Source of the DNA: a virus
Lineage: Duplodnaviria; Caudoviricetes
IMG/VR virus record: IMGVR_UViG_3300029288_000115
Location: 1-64,000 of that record
DNA: 64,000 nucleotides
Direction: 5' to 3' (one strand)
In this document: positions 39,571 to 49,890 of the stretch, piece by piece
How positions within the stretch are numbered: position 1 is the first letter of the stretch
How the letters are laid out: each line of letters opens with the position of its first letter
The notes under the pieces: model-generated
Databases searched by the model: none
What the model was told of the DNA's origin: nothing
What the model saw: the letters and a program-made list of their open reading frames with translations, nothing else
Position numbers and translations under genes: made by a program

Positions 39571-40595
39571 AAGCTTATCTCTTTCATCTAGTAATCTTAT
39601 GCTTTTTCTTTCTTTTACTTAAGTTTCTACCGGAACCCTTTCGAGGGGTAAGAAATCTTTCCTTTCCGCATGAGCCGCAAGGCTTTAATTCCTGCATCAA
39701 TCTCCTCCAGGTCTTCCCCATGCTAAAGGGTCTCCAGATCGAAAACCGTTAGGAAAACCAATCAAAACCTTTCCAGTCGGTTGAATTTCTACGTTCATAA
39801 ATTCCGCCAATTTCTGCAATTGGGGTAATAATAATTTGGCAATTTGTTCTTCCATATCCTCTCGATTATACTCTACATTAATTCCACCATAAACTTCATT
39901 AGGCACAACCTCATTTGTCTCGTTGTCTTTATAACTCTTAATCCAAATACTTCCTAAAACTTTAATTTTAAGATCCAAAGAAAAAGGTATCTTCTTCTTC
40001 ATACCAATACAATATATTTGATTCTCTTTCATAGCCTTAAAACACCTTTCAATTATTTGCCCAATTTTCATTTAAGATTCCTCCATACTTACTCAGATAT
40101 CAGCATTATTCCATCTTCAGTTACAAGATATTTCTGCTCACCAATCTTAAGCGTCTTATCAACCAACTGACTTAAAAGATTACCATTTTGGCTACCATCT
40201 TCCTCTTTATATTCTATCCAAGCGTCTTTGCCGGTATTTAATTGCTCAAGTATATCACCCTCAACCACATACTTAACTTCGGTATCCAGATTCGTAACCT
40301 CAAAAACCTCTAACGCAGACTCTTTAACCTCTAAATTGATATGCTCTGTAATACCATCAACCTTGTTTCTAAAAGTTTTTCCACGTTCCATAATTCTCCT
40401 CCATAAATGTTTAACTTAAAGCTTTCACAACCCTTTGATGTGCCTTAGTCTTGGGTAAAGTTTTTATAACTCGACATAAACCCCTCTTTGTTACCCGAGT
40501 CTTTCCACGAATAACGTCCAATACCAAATCGGGATAATAAGGGAATAAAACACTAAGAGCCTTTCCAACAGGCTTGCTAAATTTTTTCATTTATC

Positions 40596-40766
40596 TTACC
40601 TTGATATTCCAACATTACCAATACGACCCCTAATCCCACCTAAACCTCTTCCAGAGCCTCGACGAGGTGCTCCTACTCTTGGGGCAATACCCGTAGGACA
40701 AATACCCATACCCCTACCCGTTCTGGGGCCGCTCCCTCTTGGTCCTGTTCCATCTAATCTTGGCAT
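40596..40766 (-). CDS. DUF5320-like Gly/Arg-rich 56-aa protein (below the ORF-track cutoff)
   Basis: MPRLDGTGPRGSGPRTGRGMGICP...; AAGGAGG RBS. Confidence 0.75.
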   Translation of the reverse strand: MPRLDGTGPRGSGPRTGRGMGICPTGIAPRVGAPRRGSGRGLGGIRGRIGNVGISR

Positions 40767-41123
40767 TTTAATCCTCCTTATTCCAAAGACAGGCTAAGTT
40801 TTTTCATTGATCAAAATTCTTTCATTATATTAAGAGACTTTCCATACTTCAGCTGCCAGATAAACTGCAGAAGGCTCTCCAGAAAATTCAACCGCCACAC
40901 ATAAATCGTTAAACGACATAAGACCCTCTCTAACAGCCTCAGCGCAAGCCCCCGATACATCATAGTCTTCTAGTTCTTTATAAGTACCAATAGCTACAAC
41001 CGTTGCATCCACATCCTTAGGAATTAAGGTTCCCTCTACCTTATCTCCAATCTTCAACGTCTCTGAAATGTTTGAAACTAGTTTCTCATGTAGATCTTTA
41101 AAGTCCATTATAACTCCTCTTAT

Positions 41124-41540
41124 TTATAAGACTTCGTGCATCTTTCTATCTGTTATCAATATGCCATCCCAATGATCTAGCTCATGTTGAATTACAACAG
41201 CAGCCTGATCTTTATAAGACTTAACTCCGTTAGAATTCTTTAGCTTAATAAATGGGGCCCTCTTCGTCTTTACCGTCACATTAGGTAATGATAGACACTC
41301 CTCAGTAACATATGTGCATCCATAGGACTCTAAAATCTCTGAATCAATTAAATTTAAACTAAAATCCTTGGCTCTTATAATCGCAAGTCTTAATGGAAAT
41401 CCAATCTGGATAGCCGATAGGCCTATACCATTTGGGTAATTTCTTAATTCTTCTTCCAATAATCGAACAATCTTAATAACCTCGGCTTTCAAAGGCCGTA
41501 CCGACCGCATCCTTAAAGTATTAATATCTGTTACTACCAT
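41124..41540 (-). CDS. def: Peptide deformylase
   Basis: GIGLSAIQ, EECLS and QHELDH motifs. Confidence 0.92.
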   Translation of the reverse strand: MVVTDINTLRMRSVRPLKAEVIKIVRLLEEELRNYPNGIGLSAIQIGFPLRLAIIRAKDFSLNLIDSEILESYGCTYVTEECLSLPNVTVKTKRAPFIKLKNSNGVKSYKDQAAVVIQHELDHWDGILITDRKMHEVL

Positions 41541-41555
41541 CCTTCTCCTAATACC

Positions 41556-41670
41556 TTGGGGGAACGTTAAGACTAGCGCACCGAAGTGCTCGCCTTTCGT
41601 ATCTATATATTTAGGAACAATTCCCCATCAGGAGAATAGTGTTCTTCTTCATGTAAAATCGTTCCCCCAA
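41556..41670 (-). ncRNA. Candidate structured RNA upstream of def
   Basis: Perfect 11-bp closing helix, a cUUCGg hairpin and a second hairpin. Confidence 0.45.
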
Positions 41671-42307
41671 ACCCGTCATTTGTTTCATAGCTCTAAATAA
41701 AATTTGGCTTTTCTAAGTTTCTTTGTCAAAGAATTAATTGCTGCTCTTTCCTGTTCTGAAGCGTCCGTTTCCGCCACCTCAAGGGCTTGAACCTCTAAAC
41801 GATATTTCAAATCCGCCAACTGCCCAGCTTTAGTACCTATATCAGGATTATCCATTATAAAATTCTCGTCTTCCAAAACAGAGATTAAACCATTTATTGC
41901 CCAATTCCACCACTTCAACTCCGCTTTCGCAAGAGCAATTGGGGGATCTTTTGAGATTTTCAAGTCTGGTAGTGTTGTCCATTCAATCAATAGCTTCTTC
42001 ATTATACTTTCACCATGTAAGTTCCTATAGCCTAAATCGCCTTAACATATCACCTATGAAGCCAATATCCACTTTGGCAAGAACCCTCTCTCTGGCTTCA
42101 GAAACCGTAGCTTCCTGTTCATCTAGCCCTTTCTCTTTATTCTCTAAGACACGCTGTAAGAGATCTCCACCAGGTATCAGAGAGTTAATATCCTTAGACT
42201 CTTTGATTACGCTTGAACTCTCTGGGGTATTCTGTATGTCCTTACCACCAATATGTAGAGTTTTCTTGATTATGGCTTCTCTAACCCCATCTGGTACTCT
42301 ATCCATT

Positions 42308-45043
42308 TTATTTCTTTCCTCGGTCGTTTTTGGCTACGGTTGCAACCATCTGCCGAGTTTTCTTATCAAATGCGATTTTAGTATTTTTGTATCGACTTTC
42401 CCATAAATTATTTAGGGCCCTTTGCCTGTTTTTCTTACCTTCTTTTATTGAGGACTTTATCCTGTCTATGGGCAAAAGAGCCTTTAAATCTGTATTCATA
42501 AGGGCGCGATGGGCCTCCGCAATTATATGCTTCTTCTCCAAAGGTATCTGCTTATCCACGGCTTTTAACATCTGATTAAGGTCAAAATCCTCTAACTTTA
42601 AAATCTTATCATTAAAATATTTTAATAGTTTTAAACGATCCACATTTGGTCCTATAGTGTCAACCACCAAATCTACTAAATCCTTAACAACGGTAACCTC
42701 CTTTTCTAAAGTTAATGATAACTCTTCTTCTTCTGCAGAAGATGTTTCTGACATATTAACTTGAAAAGTTTTTGGATCTGGGTCTAAACCCATATACGCT
42801 AAATGAATCTGACATAGACGTGTCTGCGTGTCGATTAAAGCCCTTTGTACCCGACGAGCCTCTCTAGCAAATCTAATATCATAGCGCTCTATTGCGGATC
42901 GGCCAATACCTTGTGGCATCTCTTCAACATATCCCCCTAATAACTGTAAAGGGGTCTTTAAGGCACAAGCTAACTGGTTTCTCTGCTCTGTTAAATCAGC
43001 TATAAATCTAATATCGGTTTCGCCACCAAGTTTTTCTATGGCTATATTATTAACATCTCCAAATACCGGTAATATAATATCTTCATTTACCCCCAAAGGC
43101 GAGTTATGCACAAATACTCCAGCTTTTAATGGAAAATTATGATTACGTTCTGTAGTAATGTCATAAGTGTCTTCTTTAAAATTTAGCCTCTCCACCCTTA
43201 CTACTTTGTGATTTAAAGCTCCTACAAACCTTCCAAGCTCATCTCTTATCCTACTTGGTACATTCCTCAGAGAATAACGTCTTCCTGTAAGAGCTCTTAT
43301 TTGATTCTCTCTATACTTAGGTTGCGCCCACAAACCTTTTAGATTCTCACTCTGCATAGTAGCAAAAGCTTCCTTATCTGTATACAGCCTTTTATTCTTC
43401 TGTTTTGAACCAAGCTTACATCCCATCTTGCCTTTTACTTTAGTTCTAAACTCTAAAGTTGCCCAGCGATCTTTTGCCCTCTTGGAAATACTTTGTCCCT
43501 TTTCGGCTCTTTCCTCTTCTGAATAGCCTAACCATCTCTCTTTCCCTAACTTAGAATGATATCTCCAATGCTCATTATTTCCCATAAGCTTAAGATTACT
43601 AGGGTCATTATTTTCTTTATCAAAATCTATGTGATGTATAGTATCCCCTTTCTTTAGCTTGCCGTAAACATACTTTCCTACTAGTCTATGCTCATGGCAA
43701 AATAGATTACTACAGGGATTATACACCAATCTATACCCCACCAGACCCTTAATGGCTACCTTCGAATAATAAGGCATTAAAGACTCTCCTCCTACTAGAT
43801 TCTCTGCCTTCTTAAACTCTCCATTACGAAGCATAAAAGGGTGGTCTGGGGTGCAATCGATATACTTACCATTGTCAAGATGCACCCGAACAAGCTGAGC
43901 ATTAAGCCTTGTTTTCTGAACTTGAATTATCTTATCTGGTTCTAACTGCAAGGTCTTTGAGTTTACAGAAAGTATATATAGACCTTTATACGTCTCAGGG
44001 CTCTCTGCCATTTCCTTTATGCAAGGCTCTTCTCCATTTAACAAAATTAACTGCATATTCCCTCTCAAACAGTATTTTTCATCATAATAGGGTGAGTCAG
44101 CGTCTAAGGAAATAGCTCTAGCCCTCTGTAGTAAAGTCTTATATTCATCTATCATGTCAATAACGGCCTCACTATTCGTATTATCCACCTGTACCTTATA
44201 CAAATACCTTAAAATACCTTTGGATAATCTGGCGAGCATAATTGAGTCTTCCGTTAATCGAAGGCGTTTATAAATTGGCATAGCATTGGTAAGTACAGAG
44301 GTTCCATAGCGAGAAGTAACTCTGCGAGTATCCGGTGCCATAATGTTTACAGTGGTATACTCGATATAGGTGGGGTCATCGGCTTGAGGCCTTTTCTTCT
44401 TAGCTCCTAATATCCTACAATGCACGTAGTCCCAAGGGGGAAGTAGTTTTCTGCTTCTTCCCAGGGTTGCTCCTAAAGGTGTCTCAAAAAATCCTATAAG
44501 ACGACCATTATAATCCAATCGACTAATGTTCAAGGGATGATTATCATCATCAACCGCTACCACCCCCGTTCCAGGCATTCCATCAATCTTTATGAATAAA
44601 TCACCATACGCCGCCGTTGTCCAAGCCCAATCAAAAATTCTTTCTTCTATCCCAATTCGGTCCAATAGCTTTGTTAACTCATTCTGTACTTTTCTATTCT
44701 GAGATGTAACCCAAACCGTTGCACCGTGAAGCTTAGAATAGGTTGTTGCCACCCCGGCAAATAAATCTACAGCTGCTCCCATCAATGGATGTAAAATAGC
44801 TCTATCCACCTCTTTATAGAAACCACCCCGATCCATGCTCACTTGGGTGTTCTTATAGATCATTCGAGTTAAATCTTGTGGGGCTATACCAAGTCTTTTA
44901 AATGTAGCTAAGTCATCAGGGGACAACTTGGATAACATCTGAACATCTTCGGCGGGGACTTCAGTGGGAGCTCTTCCTAATCCAATCTTTAATAGTAAAT
45001 TCTTAACGTTCGTTGCTATACTCAAAGGCGTCCTTTCATTCAA
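42308..45043 (-). CDS. Portal protein (gp20-like, about 588 aa after splicing) containing an intein
   Basis: RLTEDSIMLARL...EDIILP...IEKLGG...ALKTP...DIRFAR. Confidence 0.85.
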   Translation of the reverse strand: MNERTPLSIATNVKNLLLKIGLGRAPTEVPAEDVQMLSKLSPDDLATFKRLGIAPQDLTRMIYKNTQVSMDRGGFYKEVDRAILHPLMGAAVDLFAGVATTYSKLHGATVWVTSQNRKVQNELTKLLDRIGIEERIFDWAWTTAAYGDLFIKIDGMPGTGVVAVDDDNHPLNISRLDYNGRLIGFFETPLGATLGRSRKLLPPWDYVHCRILGAKKKRPQADDPTYIEYTTVNIMAPDTRRVTSRYGTSVLTNAMPIYKRLRLTEDSIMLARLSKGILRYLYKVQVDNTNSEAVIDMIDEYKTLLQRARAISLDADSPYYDEKYCLRGNMQLILLNGEEPCIKEMAESPETYKGLYILSVNSKTLQLEPDKIIQVQKTRLNAQLVRVHLDNGKYIDCTPDHPFMLRNGEFKKAENLVGGESLMPYYSKVAIKGLVGYRLVYNPCSNLFCHEHRLVGKYVYGKLKKGDTIHHIDFDKENNDPSNLKLMGNNEHWRYHSKLGKERWLGYSEEERAEKGQSISKRAKDRWATLEFRTKVKGKMGCKLGSKQKNKRLYTDKEAFATMQSENLKGLWAQPKYRENQIRALTGRRYSLRNVPSRIRDELGRFVGALNHKVVRVERLNFKEDTYDITTERNHNFPLKAGVFVHNSPLGVNEDIILPVFGDVNNIAIEKLGGETDIRFIADLTEQRNQLACALKTPLQLLGGYVEEMPQGIGRSAIERYDIRFAREARRVQRALIDTQTRLCQIHLAYMGLDPDPKTFQVNMSETSSAEEEELSLTLEKEVTVVKDLVDLVVDTIGPNVDRLKLLKYFNDKILKLEDFDLNQMLKAVDKQIPLEKKHIIAEAHRALMNTDLKALLPIDRIKSSIKEGKKNRQRALNNLWESRYKNTKIAFDKKTRQMVATVAKNDRGKK
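43103..44071 (-). mobile_element. Intein (323 aa) with HNH endonuclease
   Basis: Starts CLRG; CTPDH; HHIDFDKENN; ends TYDI...HNF...VFVHN followed by Ser. Confidence 0.92.
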
Positions 45044-46579
45044 GATACTATAAACGTCGTACCATTAACTCTAGAACGTTACATTTACTATTAAATAAAT
45101 ATTTCTAATAGAAAAGTGTTATTTTATTTTAGTCTTTCCTGTTTCCCTTTCCCGTCTTCAGGGGCTTTGGTAAATCTTCTATCTCTATAAAACCCAACCG
45201 CTTATATAAATCTTTAGCTAATCTAAGAGACTTATAAATTGGAAGGGCTTTGAGGAGTACAGATGTTCCATAAGGTTGCTTCATAGAGTTGCCTTCTTTG
45301 TAAGTTCTTCAACATCACAAAAATCTGGAACATATATTGAACCAATAATACATTGCTTGGGGCACTTCACAATTATTTCTATCCCACAATCTATCTCAAA
45401 TCCCTTTCTTCAAATTCCTCAAAACATGGCTTACATTTAAAAACTCTTTTCTTTGTCACTTTTCCCTCTCTTTCATTGGGTTGCCCTTAATTTTCTCAAA
45501 TCACAATGTTCATATCGGGGAAAACACCAAAAATTAACCCATTTCTCCTTATTGCCTATCATTTTTATCGTTCCTCCATTACTATATCTAATCCACCAAG
45601 CCCTATATCCACCTCGTAATAAAAAATACCAATTCTCTCATTATTTGCAGCACTTCGCCCCTTTTGAGATATAACATAAACCCCCAAAATTATAATTAAT
45701 AAAAGTAATATTATCAAAACTTTCACTTTCCCCTCCCTTCGTTCACGTGGTCGGCGATATTCTTAATTAACCTATCTAAACGATATTCAGTATCTTCTTT
45801 TCCAAAAGCAACGACCAGAGTATCTATTAACCATAATTCGGGATATATTACACCCTCTATTTCTTCTTTCTCTACCTTCACTGCCTCTCTCCCCGCCTCA
45901 TTCCTTCCGCTCTCTAATCCCTTGTTATACCATTCCATTTTTGCATCTTCTATTATCTCGTTTATGGCGGTCTCGGCTTCAGCAACCTCTTTACTTAATT
46001 GAGTAGACTGAAATATCCCTATGGGTTTTGGTTCCCAGCACATAGAAGCAAATCCACACAACTGCCCTAAAATCTCCCTGACCTTAGTTTCCTTTTCCAT
46101 CGGCGGTCTCCTTCCGTTTAGTCCATTTCCTACGAATATAAACTAAATTATTCCCTTGTATTCCTAAAAACTGCCAACCCCTTTGTTTTGGTTTTGGAAT
46201 GGGGAAACGTAAAATTTTAACAGGAAATCTATCTTTCATCTTTTTCCCCATCGCTATATCTCCTCTCTCTTTCTACTCTGGGCGGAGAGAATGGCTTGGG
46301 CGAGAAATTCTACTTCTCTCATCCCAATAAAATACAAAGCAGGACTTTTATTAAACTCTCCCCTTGTTTTTGCATTTTGAATAGCAATTATTAAAGATAA
46401 TTTAATCTCCTCTTCCGTCAACCTCTCCGCTTCCTCAATTCGTTTTAGCTTGGCGAGGGCGTGGCTTATATTTATATCAAACATTTCCTTTTCGTTCTGA
46501 TTTCTAAAATTTGCTAAACACAAATTCTTCAACACATCCCTACGTGTCATCTCTTCACCTCCACCAGTTTGTAGAGAAA

Positions 46580-46760
46580 ATGTATCCTTTATATGGCAAG
46601 ACACTCATATTGCGAAAACTAACCCCAGGTGATGGAATAAACCTTTTTATTTTTATTCCAACACCGGGTTTTCTTTTTCTTAAGAAGGGGCTATTAACTA
46701 AGACTCGTGATTCCGTGACGTTGTTTTTTGAGTAGCCACCCTTAGTAGTCATAGCCCCTC
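46580..46760. ncRNA. Candidate structured RNA
   Basis: Two long imperfect hairpins and a possible H-type pseudoknot. Confidence 0.4.
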
Positions 46761-47472
46761 ATCTAGGCTCTCCTTCTGGTAATAATTTTAATAAACACTT
46801 AGGATGCCAACTTTGATACCCCATTGCCATATCTATACAATACCATTTTCCGGCTTTGGCTCGACAGAAATCAATCGACCAATACCCATCAAATTTCGTT
46901 GCTATTTTACAAGCATAATCATTTAAAAGTTTCTTTTCTTCTTCTATCTCCTTATTAATTTCGTCTAATTTTTTATGATATTTTTCTTCTTCTATACTTT
47001 CACTTGTCCAATATGGATGATGACAAATAAGTTTATTCTTATAAATAAAATATCTCCTCTCTGGATTGATAGGTAAGTCACCCCCAAAGAATCTAAAGGC
47101 TGTGTCCATCTCAATATATTCCCGAACGGCATAAGAAGTTACAGGAACGCCACCAAAAACATCAAGACATTCACATTCATTAGCTATCCTTTGGATATGT
47201 TCTTCCAAAACATCCAAACTTGGCACAAAACAGGTGTCCTTCCAATCGTGTTTTATACTACTATGACTTCCCCTTAAAAAAATTGGAAAAACAAAATCTT
47301 GAGCTGCCTGAACAATCTCCTTAATATACTTCTTGGGAATATATAAAAATTCCCCTGATTTATGCCATTTTCTTTTAACCGGAACAATAACTGTTTTCGG
47401 CGTTGGAATAAGACCTTGAATTTTAGGATACCAATATTCAATGGCATTTTTATCAATTCCCTTTTTCATCAT
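46759..47472 (-). CDS. ATP-grasp-fold protein (R2K/DUF4343-like)
   Basis: FPIFLR...S.KHDW...VREYI...ERRYFI...SIDF...WYCIDM. Confidence 0.65.
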   Translation of the reverse strand: MMKKGIDKNAIEYWYPKIQGLIPTPKTVIVPVKRKWHKSGEFLYIPKKYIKEIVQAAQDFVFPIFLRGSHSSIKHDWKDTCFVPSLDVLEEHIQRIANECECLDVFGGVPVTSYAVREYIEMDTAFRFFGGDLPINPERRYFIYKNKLICHHPYWTSESIEEEKYHKKLDEINKEIEEEKKLLNDYACKIATKFDGYWSIDFCRAKAGKWYCIDMAMGYQSWHPKCLLKLLPEGEPR

Positions 47473-47786
47473 TCCCCCTTCCCCAGCAGGTGGGTTCTAA
47501 AATCATTCATAGCTTGCTCAATATAATAATCGGTCTTATCCATAGTTCCCATAACGCCATTGTGATATAGAGCGATTAAAATTTCCCTTAACCCCTCAAT
47601 CCTTCCGGCGAGGGCAGACACAGCATAATCTACCCCCTCATTAAACCCCACAGTTTTATGATAATCACTTTCAGATATATGTTTGGTTTTGTTATGGCAA
47701 ATAATCTTTCTTTTAGGAAGCTCTCTTTTACTGATTACCCCCTCAAGAGCAATGACGGTCTCAATAATTTTCATAATCTTTCCTTG

Positions 47787-48366
47787 CTGGTCTTGAGGAA
47801 TAAATCCATACAATTGATAATGCTTAACTATTTCCTTTAGGTTATCTTCTCTGGTTATCATTTCGGCTCCTTTGGTAGACTAACTCCAATCAATAAGACA
47901 AACATCTGGTAACTTTGAAACCGCAATCCCTTCGGTTTTCTCTTGCAAAATACTAAATAGCGTATCCTCATCAACTATTCTTATCGTTGGTTCGCCATCA
48001 CCTTGCTTGTTTTTATAATCCTCAATTAAATATCTCATCTCAAATCACCCCTTCCTTATTTAATCTTAATTCAAGTCCTCATCACTGAGTAAATCAAAAT
48101 CTCCAGTATAAAAATCTTTGTCGCATTTATCACAATGAAATGTTACTTGCTCAAAACAAGATATATCAACCTCTGGATTTTCTCCACCTGTAAAATCGCC
48201 GAGATAAAATCCCATCAGTTCATTGCATTCAGGACAGCTGGCAGTCAACTTAATTTTAAACATTTTTACCTCCTTCTATCTGGTCTTGAGGAATAAACTT
48301 GTATAAACGATAATGCTTAACTATTTCCTTTAGGTTATCTTCTCTGGTTATCATTTCGGCTCCTTT
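47787..48366. repeat. 87-bp direct repeat pair (47787-47873 and 48280-48366)
   Basis: Identical 58-bp and 18-bp blocks covering an RBS and the start MITREDNLKEIVKHY. Confidence 0.9.
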
Positions 48367-49890
48367 CACATTACCAGCCATTTCTCAAACCCCCACTTTG
48401 GGCGGGGGATGTCGCCGCTCTATATTTTCTCATTTTGTAACCTCTATTTCCTTAATAGCTCCCCAATTTAGTACAGCCATCCTCTCAGAGTCTTTCCAGA
48501 TCGTAAGCACATTAAAGCTAACACCATAACTAGTAGCTCCTCTGTACTCCTTTATAGTACCATCTAGGAAACTCACCATAACCGAAAAAAATAAAATTAA
48601 AAAGTATTTTCTCATTTTTTCTCCAATCTTTTAAGAAGTTCTGCAGCTAAGTCTTCTCTAAAGCCCTCTTTACTGCTAGACTTTGAGCTCTGCTCTGTAT
48701 CAAATATTATTCTTTTTAATTCATCTTTATCTGGTACGGATATTAAAGTCTTCGAATTATCTTTATCTCCATAAAATTCTTTAAGTACTGCGCTAATAAT
48801 CCATCCAATAACTCCAGCCCAAGATATGCAAAATCCCATCCCATAGGTCATTAAAATTTCACTAAGAAGGCTGTTCTCGTCTAAATCAACCAAAGCCATA
48901 GTAAATCCCAAAGATATAAAACCACCAACTAAGTATAAAAATAAATAAGACATTAAATCTCCTCCTTATAAACTGGCCAATAATCTCTTAAACTTCCATC
49001 ACATCTTTCGCTATGAACCTTTCCATCCCACCCAAAAACAAGTCTTGTCCCATTACAAGGATAATTATATCCTACACTCTCTAATTGTACTTCAGATATT
49101 CGATGGCCACAAATTTTACATTTATAATAATCTATATTTAAAATTGTCTTCTTCTCTTTACCCATATTTCTTTCCCTTAAAATTAATTTTCTTTCCGCAC
49201 TTTGGGCAATACTCAAATCGGATATGCAAACGATTATACTCATCGTTAGTTAGTTCTCCTACCCCATGCTTTATTACTCGAAAGGTGCCCATAAAAGGAT
49301 TATATAATTCAGAAATACCAACCCAATGCCTGCACTTCTTTGTCTTCACTTAACTCTTCCTGTTCTCTTCTTAGAAGCCCTAGCACACCAAGCCTTAAAC
49401 ATATGCCTCTTCACATCTGAATCAACCCAATTATATTTACTTCGTAACCAAGCATAAAAGTCTTTCGTTTCCTTCCCAATATTCATAGTCATCTATCTCC
49501 TTTATACTATTTAACGTCTTTCCTCTCTTATCTATCATTCAACTTCATTTCATATTTGATTTTTCATTCCCACTCTCCCTTTCCTTTTTCAATATCTCAT
49601 AAATAGCCCGTGTTTGTCTCTCAAACTTGTCCACATGAGCATCAAATGCTATAGCACAACGTTGCAAAAGATAGTTTGATATGCCAATGGGCTTTGGCAC
49701 ACATCCCACAAAATATAAACAAATTATTAAAGCCTGGATTTTAAGAGGCAAATTAGTTATATATCGAACTATTTTTAAATACCGAACAGTACCGACAATA
49801 ATATCTTTTGTTATATTACCTAAATTAAACACAATAAAGACCTATATCTTTTCCATAAACCAAACGCCTTTAAAGGTATTTCAAAAGTCT

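Larger units (their letters stand above)
45130..49830 (-). other. Accessory island of short, tightly packed hypothetical ORFs
   Basis: Many 50-130 aa ORFs with overlapping stops and RBS sites; contains a duplicated gene start. Confidence 0.55.

Noticed and set aside
16290-40600. TAAGAT as a late-promoter motif in several intergenic gaps
   Set aside because: Short, AT-rich and often overlapping TAA stop codons; cannot be told from chance by eye
41556-41670. Hammerhead ribozyme (UGAAGA...GAAA...GUC present)
   Set aside because: The CUGANGA core and stem III pairing do not fit the consensus
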